This document shows, in pieces, positions 20,412-27,643 of a stretch of 47,492 nt of DNA. The translations under genes and the position numbers were made by a program. Source of the stretch: Candidatus Kaiserbacteria bacterium (GTDB taxonomy: Bacteria; Patescibacteriota; Minisyncoccia; Phycocordibacterales; UBA918); contig JAYVIL010000021.1 in NCBI GenBank assembly GCA_043770255.1, positions 1-47,492 on the forward strand, written 5' to 3'. The notes beneath the pieces are model-generated. The model was not told the DNA's origin. It did no database searches and worked only from the letters and a program-made list of their open reading frames with translations. Position 1 is the stretch's first letter, and every line of letters begins with the position of its first letter.

Positions 20412-21620
20412 ATGAGAGTTCAAGATCTCGCTCAGCTTTCGACGCGTATGTTCAAAACTAACCCGCTACGTACGTGGTTAACAATTTTAGGTATGGGTGT
20501 AGGAACTGGTGCGGTAGTAATTTTGGTAGGGTTAGGATTTGGCCTACAGCAAATTATTTTGGAACAGATTGTGTTCGGGGAGACGCTCTTATCTCTCGGT
20601 GTGTCAGCCACCGGTGCCCAAAACCTTAAATTGACAGCAGAAACAGTCACTGCCTTTGAAAAGAAGCCCGAAGTACTCGATGCGGCGCCGCTGGCTAAGT
20701 TCCCAGCTTTGGTTACCTATAAAGGTCTAACTGGTAACGTGTTTATTCAAGGGGTAGAGCCACCGTACCTGCGCTATGCGGGAGTGTCGGCCACCGAGGG
20801 TACCGTTTTTACTGATGCGGACGAAGGGGACACTACTTCGGTAATGCTTTCTCCAGCGGTACTAAAATTGTTCGGAATTGAGGACCCAGAAGCTTTCATT
20901 GGACAGAAGGTTAGCTTCAGACTGCTGATCCCGGCTGAAGACGGTACTGACACTAATACAGAAGTGGTGATTGATAAAGAGTACACCGTACGTGGTATTA
21001 CAAAAGAAGAAGGGGTTTTGAATGCGATGATGATGCTACCTGAGTTGCGGAACTACGTCGGTATCGAGGAGTACGAGCGCATCCAAGTCCGCGTTGACAG
21101 TAATGAGAACTTACCGATTATTGAAAAGCAATTAATTGAAGAAGGGTACCGCGTAACAGCGCTATCAAAGACAGTAGAGCAAGCCTCGAAGATTTTCCAG
21201 GGAGTACAGGCCGTACTCGCAACATTCGGAGGAATCGCGCTTTTGGTGTCTGCGATTGGGATGTTCAACACGATGACAGTGACCTTGCTTGAACGTACCA
21301 AAGAAATTGGAATCATGCGGACCATCGGCGCTTCACCAAACGACGTAAAGTACCTGTTCGTATCTGAATCGGTGGTGGTTGGTTTTATGGGAGGGCTAAC
21401 TGGAGTAGTGATGGGGGTTAGTTTAGGGATGACGATAAACCTATTCCTTAATATTGTAGCGGGACAGTTTGGTGGGCAGGCGGTACGGCTGTTTGCGTTT
21501 CCGCTTGGTTTCCTGACCTTTATTATTCTCTTCTCGGCAGTTGTTGGGTATCTCACGGGAATTTTCCCAGCTAGACGGGCTTCGTCGCTTAATCCACTTG
21601 ACGCCATCCGCTATGAATAG
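20412..21620 (+). CDS. ABC transporter permease, FtsX/MacB type
   Basis: N-terminal TM (LTILGMGVGTGAVVILVGLGFGL), an extracytoplasmic domain of about 220 aa, then a 3-TM FtsX-type domain with LLERTKEIGIMRTIGASPNDV and the tail FPARRASSLNPLDAIRYE. Confidence 0.9.
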   Translation: MRVQDLAQLSTRMFKTNPLRTWLTILGMGVGTGAVVILVGLGFGLQQIILEQIVFGETLLSLGVSATGAQNLKLTAETVTAFEKKPEVLDAAPLAKFPALVTYKGLTGNVFIQGVEPPYLRYAGVSATEGTVFTDADEGDTTSVMLSPAVLKLFGIEDPEAFIGQKVSFRLLIPAEDGTDTNTEVVIDKEYTVRGITKEEGVLNAMMMLPELRNYVGIEEYERIQVRVDSNENLPIIEKQLIEEGYRVTALSKTVEQASKIFQGVQAVLATFGGIALLVSAIGMFNTMTVTLLERTKEIGIMRTIGASPNDVKYLFVSESVVVGFMGGLTGVVMGVSLGMTINLFLNIVAGQFGGQAVRLFAFPLGFLTFIILFSAVVGYLTGIFPARRASSLNPLDAIRYE

Positions 21621-21622
21621 TC

Positions 21623-21743
21623 GGACATTCTCAAATGGCACATTTCTTCGTTGCGCTGCGGTAAATTATTATTCACCGTACGATGGGTACGGCTCATAAT
21701 AATTTCCTTGCGCGCCTCGAACTGTACTCATTTGAAAATGTCC
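21623..21743 (+). terminator. 121-nt imperfect palindrome (long hairpin) starting 3 nt after the permease stop
   Basis: Outer stem ggacattctcaaatg/catttgaaaatgtcc (14 of 15 bp), middle stem aaattattat/ataataattt (10 bp), apical stem ccgtac/gtacgg (6 bp, loop gatgg). Followed by ttggttgctttg. It could be a terminator, a stabilising hairpin or a REP/MITE-like element. Confidence 0.5.
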
Positions 21744-21843
21744 TTGGTTGCTTTGAAAAATTTTTTAACGACGAGTGAGTAAGTGTGTGTATAACTTGGG
21801 TATAGTCGGGGGGATATCAGCTAAAATGAATAGGTAAATTATT

Positions 21844-23736
21844 ATGACGTACAACAAACAAGAACTGCCGCGGTATGTAGAAACTGCCGGAAAAATAACC
21901 ATTTTAACAGCATTAACAGGAGTATTAATCTTTGCCTTTATTTTCATTTTAAATATCGGTAAAACAGAGTTACAAAAAGCCGAAGCCCAGTCTGGTACCG
22001 CGACCACCACTTTGACCGTGCTTAACACGCCACCAGTGTGGACCGTCGGACAGGAGGGGCGAGAAGAGTTTGAATCCTCAACCTCAACCCCAACTAACTC
22101 AGGCAATACTGTATCCTGGATTGGCCGAGCAACTGATGCCAACAACGCGCCCTATTTCTTGATTTTGTGTAGTACATCAGCTACTCCAACCGCCCAGATG
22201 TCTACCTCAACACTTGGTACTGTTCCGCCAATTTGTGCCGCTGGTACCCGTTGGGCCGTTTCTACGTCTACTGTCTCAGGCCAACAAGCTCGTGCTGCTA
22301 CTACCACTACCGAAGTAGCTCCATTCTCTGAGTCAAATATTTGGTACGCTTGGGTGTGTGATGACGATCCAGTTAACCCCCGCTGTAGTACGACATCATC
22401 TCAAGGAACCGTTGCTACGAACACTTCTCCGTTTAACGTAAACCGCCGACCTGTCTTCTCAAGCTTTACCAACAACGGTCCAACAGCACCAGGCGCAACA
22501 GTACTCTTTACCTCTTCGTCTTCTGATCTTGACGTTGTGGATGCCGCCGACACAGTCTTCCTTACCGTGTGTGGTAGTGCCGGCTTTAGCACCACTACGT
22601 TAACCTGTACCGGTGTCACCGTAGCTTCTACCTCCGTGTTTGGTGTAGTCGCGAACGCCACTACTTCACGTGTACTTCCAGCAATTATTCAGGATGCTAA
22701 CAACTATGCCGCTTTCCCATACATACATGACACCCATGGTCACGTTGCTTCAGGTGGTGCCCAAGGTGTTAACGTCGCATATACAGTTAGCAATGTCGCG
22801 CCCACAGTAGCTGGCGGTACACTCAGTTTAAATGGTGGTTCCCTGATTACTCTAACCAATCCCGGCGGTCAAACCACTGGCTACACACTTTCATATGTGG
22901 TAGCTGACGCTAACAGTTGTGACGCAGTCGGTGGTGGTAATGCCGACGAAATCACTGGTTATGTAGCTTCAGTATTTCGTTCAGGTATTGGTACTTCTAC
23001 TTGTAACGGTAGCGCTGGTAGTTATAATGCCAACAACTGTTACCCGAGCGGCGTTGCTACATCAACCTGGAACCTGTCGTGTACCGCGTCATCGACCAGT
23101 TGTACAGCCGGTGGAGCTGACGATACGATCATCTACAACTGTACGTTCCCACTTTGGTTCATCGCTGATCCAACTAACGGAACAACTACTGATACTGCTT
23201 TCTCTGCACAGCATTGGGCCGCTGGAGTCGCTGGTATCGACAATAACAGTGCCACTGGAAGTATGTCTACCTCTACCACACCAGTTGAGTTACAAAGCCT
23301 TGTCGCGATTGGTCTTCTGACAAACCTAATTGCGTACACTCAACTTGAGCCAGGTACATCCATGCCAACACTCAGTGCGTCAACTACACTGCGGGTACTC
23401 GGTAACACTGGACTGAATCAATTACTTGGTGGAGACTCAATGTGTATTGGCTACTCACCAGCTGTCGGTTGTCAGGTATCAGCGACCTCTACTATTCCGC
23501 AAAGTGAACAGCGTTATGCGACGTCAGCAGTAGCTTACGGATCAGGAGTTTCTCTTTCTCCAACATCAACTCCGGGCACGCTCTTGATTCAAATTCCAAA
23601 ACCTATCAGTACGTCAACTCCATCCACTGGACAGACCTTCTGGGGTATCGCCGTACCGGGATCAGTCTCGCTTGCTGGATCGTACACAGGACAGAACACG
23701 TTTACAGGGGCGGTCTCATCTCCTCTATCCTGGTAG
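21844..23736 (+). CDS. Cys-rich surface protein (630 aa); its C-terminal ~315 aa are homologous to the C-terminus of the giant protein
   Basis: N-terminal signal anchor ITILTALTGVLIFAFIFILNIG and Thr/Ser-rich Cys-containing modules. The segment from ...LSLNGGSLITL...NNCYPSG...LWFIADPT...IPQSEQRYATSA...TFWGIAVPGSVSLAGSYTGQNTFTG to the end aligns with giant residues ...VSLNGGNPIAL...NNCYKAN...IFFNADAT...IPADQQKFATTS...VYWGISVPAAGVNSAAHSGINVFTP. Confidence 0.85.
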   Translation: MTYNKQELPRYVETAGKITILTALTGVLIFAFIFILNIGKTELQKAEAQSGTATTTLTVLNTPPVWTVGQEGREEFESSTSTPTNSGNTVSWIGRATDANNAPYFLILCSTSATPTAQMSTSTLGTVPPICAAGTRWAVSTSTVSGQQARAATTTTEVAPFSESNIWYAWVCDDDPVNPRCSTTSSQGTVATNTSPFNVNRRPVFSSFTNNGPTAPGATVLFTSSSSDLDVVDAADTVFLTVCGSAGFSTTTLTCTGVTVASTSVFGVVANATTSRVLPAIIQDANNYAAFPYIHDTHGHVASGGAQGVNVAYTVSNVAPTVAGGTLSLNGGSLITLTNPGGQTTGYTLSYVVADANSCDAVGGGNADEITGYVASVFRSGIGTSTCNGSAGSYNANNCYPSGVATSTWNLSCTASSTSCTAGGADDTIIYNCTFPLWFIADPTNGTTTDTAFSAQHWAAGVAGIDNNSATGSMSTSTTPVELQSLVAIGLLTNLIAYTQLEPGTSMPTLSASTTLRVLGNTGLNQLLGGDSMCIGYSPAVGCQVSATSTIPQSEQRYATSAVAYGSGVSLSPTSTPGTLLIQIPKPISTSTPSTGQTFWGIAVPGSVSLAGSYTGQNTFTGAVSSPLSW

Positions 23737-23785
23737 TCTAAGAACTTCCAGAACGGACACACTCTAGCGTTGTTTAACGTAAAAT

Positions 23786-23825
23786 GCGCCGCATCGTACA
23801 TAAAGTACGTCGCGGTGCTTTTTAT
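23786..23825 (+). terminator. Rho-independent terminator after the 630-aa protein gene
   Basis: Stem gcgccgcatcgtac (23786-23799) / gtacgtcgcggtgc (23805-23818): 12 of 14 positions pair (one a G-U), with a 2x2 internal mismatch. Followed by tttttat. Confidence 0.7.
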
Positions 23826-23968
23826 ATGGCCCTTCTTACAGTAGCTGTCCTCTCATTGCCTGTGTTGTTTCTCATGCTCACAACCTAGCGGAATGAGTCC
23901 TGTGGAATCTCTAGGCTTCCTTACTTGAATTGCATTTTTTCTCAAAAGTCCTGTTAGATAAAAAGAGT

Positions 23969-24006
23969 CAACTACCACCGTTACCCCCCGGTGGTTGTTG
24001 CTTTTT
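23969..24006 (+). terminator. Second hairpin plus T-tract, 33 nt upstream of the 24039 start
   Basis: caactaccaccg / cggtggttgttg pairs at 11 of 12 positions with an 8-nt loop, followed by cttttt. Confidence 0.55.
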
Positions 24007-24038
24007 GTTGAAAAATTTTTGATAATGGTAAGACTTGC

Positions 24039-25004
24039 ATGGAGATACTTTTTCGCAACACACTATTCAGGTTAAGTGCCTTGGTCGTCTTACTCTATTT
24101 TGCGTTTGGCACTTTGGTTGCGAGCGCTAGTTTCGGTATTACACCACCGTACGTTCGTAATACGAGCTTGACCCGAAACTCAACCTACGAGCAGCAAATC
24201 CTTCTCGTACGCGGTGATCCTAACATGCCGCTTAATGCGCAAATTGTAATTGATGCCCCTGAGATCCAAGACTGGATTGAGATTGTAGAAGGTAACACCA
24301 TTTTACTGCCGCGCGGTGAACAAAAGGTAGCTATGACTGTTCGCATCAAAGTTCCGAGCGATGCCAAGTACCAAGAGTACGAAGGTAAAATTCGTATCAG
24401 AACGCAACCAACTAATGATCAGGTGGCCGAAGGCGTAGTCAGTATTTCACTCGGAGCGCAGGTCGACATTAACCTTAACGTTATCGACAGAGTGATCGAG
24501 GATTTTAGGGTGCGTAAAATTGACGTATCTGATCTTGATGCTGGTCACAAGCTTGCCTGGTTGTTTTTCCCAGGAAAAATTAATTTTACAATGTCGCTTG
24601 AAAACACCGGTAATGTAAATATTGCTCCATCAAAAGTGCAATTCAAAATATATGACCGTACCGGTGCAGTATTGCTCGAAGAGACACATCATACAGGTAA
24701 GCTTAAAAAAATCGCTCCTTACGCGACTGAAGACGTTACGGCTCATTTACCGACACGACTACCGGCTGGTAGCTATATGGCGCGCTACACCATTTTTAAT
24801 GGAGAAGAAATAAAACAAGAAGGTGAGCTAAACCTGAGTGTATTGCCTTACGGTACACTGCAGACAGCAGGTTATGGTTTTACTGGTCTCTCGATTCCGC
24901 ATAAGATCTCAATACTGCTCCCGATTTTTGCCATTTTGATCTCTGTTCTCTATATCATCTACTACCGCCGGAAAAGCCGTAAAGACGACACTCTTATAAA
25001 CTAG
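24039..25004 (+). CDS. Membrane-anchored protein with two Ig-like domains (DUF916/DUF3324-like architecture)
   Basis: Signal peptide (LSALVVLLYFAFGTLVASA). Domain 1: FGITPPYVRN...WIEIVEGNTILLPRGEQKVAMTVRIKVPSDAKYQEYEGKIRI. Domain 2: ...FTMSLENTGNVNIAPSKVQFKIYDRTG...LPAGSYMARYTIFNG. C-terminal TM ISILLPIFAILISVLYIIYY plus RRKSRK. The family assignment is an inference. Confidence 0.75.
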   Translation: MEILFRNTLFRLSALVVLLYFAFGTLVASASFGITPPYVRNTSLTRNSTYEQQILLVRGDPNMPLNAQIVIDAPEIQDWIEIVEGNTILLPRGEQKVAMTVRIKVPSDAKYQEYEGKIRIRTQPTNDQVAEGVVSISLGAQVDINLNVIDRVIEDFRVRKIDVSDLDAGHKLAWLFFPGKINFTMSLENTGNVNIAPSKVQFKIYDRTGAVLLEETHHTGKLKKIAPYATEDVTAHLPTRLPAGSYMARYTIFNGEEIKQEGELNLSVLPYGTLQTAGYGFTGLSIPHKISILLPIFAILISVLYIIYYRRKSRKDDTLIN

Positions 25005-25005
25005 T

Positions 25006-26124
25006 ATGCGAGTGCACTTCCTCTTCATTCCGCTACTGCTTGTAGTAATGGCCTTTACAGTTCCGTCGCCACGAGTTGGTGCTGATACCGTTGGTATCGC
25101 CACTACGACAATTACACTCAGTATCTGTGGCAATGGGTTAGTAGACGCCTCTGAATCGTGTGATGTGCCGGGGGAGACCGGCGTGTACAGTACGACCATT
25201 ATTGGTCGTCAGTGTACGCCTGCGTGTAGCTTTGGACCTTACTGCGGCGATGGTATTTTGCAAACACAGTTTACCGAAGAATGCGATGACGGTAATAATA
25301 CGAGCTTAGACTTTTGTTCGGCACTCTGTAAAATCGAACCAGCGGGCTCAGGTGGAGGGGGAAGTAGTGGTGGAGGTGGAAGTAGTGGTGGTGGTACTAA
25401 AGAGCTCGGAGATACACAAATAAGTGTCACAGGGCTCGGATATCCAGGTCAGACGATAAACTTTTTGCTTGATACAAAATCAGTTGGGTCAGTGCGCGCA
25501 AACAGTAGTGGGCGCTTTGAGTTCGCAGCGAACGCTTCGCCAGGCACTGCTACACTGGGTGTGTGGGCACTCGATAGTGCTGGCAAACGCTCGATTACCT
25601 TAAACAACACCTTTGACGTTACCCAAGGTGCTGTTACCAACGTTAGCGGGCTGATACTGCCACCAACAGTAAACGTCGCTAATGCCAATATTATCCCCGG
25701 GAGCATTATTGCTATTACCGGACAGAGTGTACCGTCAGTGAAAATTGACGTTCATTTTAATAACAGCGAAATAGTCGAATCAGTTCAAAGCGGACCTGAT
25801 GGTAAGTTTGCCCTTAACTTTAATTCATCAAGACTGAGAAATGCTGAATACACGATTAAAGCACGCTCAGTATCCGGTACACCACCCTTGCTTATCCAAA
25901 GTGGGTTCAGTACCTCTATCCAATTATTTGTCGGTGTCGACGGTAAATCAACCTCACCGTCTGACCTTAGTCGCGACGGCAAAGTAAACCTCGTCGACTT
26001 TTCTATCTTAATCTTTTGGTGGCAGTCCGCCGGCGGCGACTCGAATCCACCAGCTGACATAAATGCCAACGGCCGAGTGAGTTTGGAGGACTTCTCAATC
26101 CTCCTCTTTAACTGGACTGGATAG
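25006..26124 (+). CDS. Secreted protein: Cys-rich CGDG/CDDGN repeats, Gly/Ser linker, Ig-like domains, C-terminal dockerin-like repeat pair
   Basis: Signal peptide. ICGNGLVDASESCDV...YCGDGILQTQFTEECDDGNNTSLDFCSALC matches the Myxococcus-type Cys-rich repeat pattern (TIGR02232/DUF4215 type, from memory). Linker GSGGGGSSGGGGSSGGG. C-terminus DLSRDGKVNLVDFSILIFWW...DINANGRVSLEDFSILLFNW (two dockerin-like D-x-[SN]-x-[DN]-G-[KR]-V-x-L-x-D-F-S-I-L segments). The ATG lies 1 nt after the previous stop. Confidence 0.8.
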   Translation: MRVHFLFIPLLLVVMAFTVPSPRVGADTVGIATTTITLSICGNGLVDASESCDVPGETGVYSTTIIGRQCTPACSFGPYCGDGILQTQFTEECDDGNNTSLDFCSALCKIEPAGSGGGGSSGGGGSSGGGTKELGDTQISVTGLGYPGQTINFLLDTKSVGSVRANSSGRFEFAANASPGTATLGVWALDSAGKRSITLNNTFDVTQGAVTNVSGLILPPTVNVANANIIPGSIIAITGQSVPSVKIDVHFNNSEIVESVQSGPDGKFALNFNSSRLRNAEYTIKARSVSGTPPLLIQSGFSTSIQLFVGVDGKSTSPSDLSRDGKVNLVDFSILIFWWQSAGGDSNPPADINANGRVSLEDFSILLFNWTG

Positions 26125-26156
26125 TTATTAAATTTAAGATTGGATGTAGTTTTTTC

Positions 26157-26185
26157 TCGACTTTTGCAAATATTTAGCATATATT
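26157..26185 (+). promoter_or_regulatory. Candidate sigma70-type promoter for the 26211 gene
   Basis: TCGACT (26157-26162), 17-nt spacer, TATATT (26180-26185). AGGGAG Shine-Dalgarno motif at 26201-26206. Confidence 0.3.
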
Positions 26186-26210
26186 TTCTACTAGATCTGT
26201 AGGGAGATGT

Positions 26211-26897
26211 ATGATGCTGAGTAAGCTGCCTAAACGTATTATCTACACTCGACATCCACAGTGTTTGCATAACGTTGACCACGAGGGTGCTTTGCGACAG
26301 GGAATTGAAAATCGTAACTCTCCACTCACCGATGTTGGCGAGATGCAGTCCAGTATTACAGCAGAATACCTTCGAAAAGAGTTCCCTGATATTTCTAAGG
26401 TATTTTGTTCAACCTATTCTCGTACAAAAACCATTCCGATATCAGCAGGATATGAAAAACTCTTGTCCGAGAGCCCTCTCCTTGATGAAAGAAGTATGGG
26501 TGTTTGGCATAGATATTTGCGAGAAGAAGTTTTAAAACGGTATCCCGATGAAGATGTTCGCATTAAAACATTAGGATACTATGCCTATGAAGCGCCTGAG
26601 GGTGAGTCATGTACAGGGGTAGAGGAACGACTGAATAAATTTCTCCTCCTCAATACATTAGGAGAATTAAGCGACACTATCTATATTTCGGGGCATGGGA
26701 TTTCAGGACTTTGTCTAAGACGCTTACTTACAGGAGCAAGTGTCGAAGACTGGCACTCGTGGGATCGTTTGAAGAATGCCTCGGTGTCTATCTACGAACG
26801 TCATGGTAGTGGATATATTTGCTCGAGTTACAATTTGGTTCCTTGGGAAGGTGTCATTGATCCAGCACTGCTAATTAAAAAAAGCACTGAAGCATGA
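26211..26897 (+). CDS. Histidine phosphatase superfamily (phosphoglycerate mutase-like) protein
   Basis: IYTRHPQCLHN (RH catalytic core; RHP instead of RHG), STYSRTKTI, LDERSMGVWH and ISGHGISGLCL occur in the order typical of branch-1 histidine phosphatases. SD AGGGAG upstream; TGA stop followed by a terminator. Confidence 0.72.
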   Translation: MMLSKLPKRIIYTRHPQCLHNVDHEGALRQGIENRNSPLTDVGEMQSSITAEYLRKEFPDISKVFCSTYSRTKTIPISAGYEKLLSESPLLDERSMGVWHRYLREEVLKRYPDEDVRIKTLGYYAYEAPEGESCTGVEERLNKFLLLNTLGELSDTIYISGHGISGLCLRRLLTGASVEDWHSWDRLKNASVSIYERHGSGYICSSYNLVPWEGVIDPALLIKKSTEA

Positions 26898-26901
26898 AGC
26901 A

Positions 26902-26932
26902 AAAGTCGCTCATTGTGAGCGGCTTTTTTTTC
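26902..26932 (+). terminator. Rho-independent terminator
   Basis: aaagtcgctca / tgagcggcttt with a 3-nt loop, running into an eight-T tract (26924-26931). Confidence 0.8.
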
Positions 26933-26977
26933 TTTACATATAGGCTGTCCATGTCTCACTATACGGCCATAAAATGT

Positions 26978-27003
26978 TTAGCCCTGCAATGATGCAGGGC
27001 TAA
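26978..27003. terminator. 11-bp perfect hairpin, probable terminator of the minus-strand small ORF
   Basis: ttagccctgca (26978-26988) atga tgcagggctaa (26993-27003). It lies 33 nt beyond the small ORF stop on the minus strand. The U-tract is only partial on either strand. Confidence 0.5.
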
Positions 27004-27035
27004 TTTCAAATGTTAGATGCTGTAGACTGAACCAT

Positions 27036-27200
27036 CTAAGCTTCAGTAACATCAAAGACGGCATTGATGTGAATCCAAGAGGCTGCTTCTTCCTCTGCCT
27101 CATCGTCAGGGATTCCTCTGGTGATCAGTCGTGCCTTGAACCGTAGGAATCGGTCATGTTGGAGTAAAATAGCAAGCGTCAGTTTAGTGTACATGTCCAT
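27036..27200 (-). CDS. Small hypothetical protein (54 aa), the only minus-strand gene candidate
   Basis: Below the ORF-track length cutoff. MDMYTKLTLAILLQHDRFLRFKARLITRGIPDDEAEEEAASWIHINAVFDVTEA*. Strong SD AAGGAG (27209-27214, minus strand) 8 nt before the ATG, and a hairpin downstream. No family recognised. Confidence 0.45.
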   Translation of the reverse strand: MDMYTKLTLAILLQHDRFLRFKARLITRGIPDDEAEEEAASWIHINAVFDVTEA

Positions 27201-27282
27201 CACGTTTTCTCCTTGTGTGACAGTAAATATAACTTGTAAGTAAGAATAAAAGTTATGAGATTGTCACAAGCAAGTACGTATT

Positions 27283-27320
27283 AAAATCCAACCATACGAT
27301 TAATCGTATGGTTGAATTTT
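27283..27320. repeat. 38-nt near-perfect palindrome (candidate operator) in a divergent intergenic region
   Basis: aaaatccaaccatacgatt|aatcgtatggttgaatttt; 18 of 19 positions are symmetric. Confidence 0.5.
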
Positions 27321-27448
27321 ATAAAGTTTTTATCGAATATTTTTTTGAAATGTGTCTGATAAATATTAAATTTGTGTATAAGTTTTCTAAAAATAAATTT
27401 GTGCAGTATACAATGAACTAGTACTTGTTTTGGGGGTATCAATTATGA

Positions 27449-27457
27449 TGCTATAGT
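27449..27457 (+). promoter_or_regulatory. Candidate extended -10 promoter element TGCTATAGT
   Basis: TG-n-TATAGT. The same motif form (TGGTATAGT) occurs at 44869-44877. The -35 is weak (TTTGGG). Confidence 0.3.
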
Positions 27458-27485
27458 TGCGTTTTTACGTAGCTAAATTTCCTTC

Positions 27486-27568
27486 AGCCGGGAGTTCCGG
27501 GACAGGTATGCTTATTTTTCCATATATGTAATCGGTGTGGAGACTGATTACGGTTCCCGGCTTTTTTA
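27486..27568 (+). promoter_or_regulatory. Long stem-loop closed by a GC-rich stem plus a T6 tract (leader attenuator or sRNA terminator candidate)
   Basis: agccggga (27486-27493) pairs with tcccggct (27555-27562) and is followed by ttttt. There is an inner hairpin gtaatc.../...gattac (27528-27551). A second copy of ccggga (27497-27502) could pair with the same 3' arm instead. Confidence 0.4.
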
Positions 27569-27643
27569 AAGCGAGGAAGCTGTCGTATGCGTCTTTGTAC
27601 ACACATATCTCGGCACTAGTAGGCTAATACAACGTAGAGAAAT

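Noticed and set aside
23826-23888. 20-codon hydrophobic mini-ORF (MALLTVAVLSLPVLFLMLTT*) between the two terminator-like hairpins
   Set aside because: It has no SD or other translation signal and is too short to assess. It is noted only as part of the possible sRNA segment.
26895-26897. Possible UGA recoding (code 25/4, as in some candidate phyla)
   Set aside because: TGA ends three genes in sensible contexts: 26897 is followed by a terminator, 32372 overlaps the next ATG, and 44804 is the third. The long ORFs contain no in-frame TGA. The standard code 11 fits.
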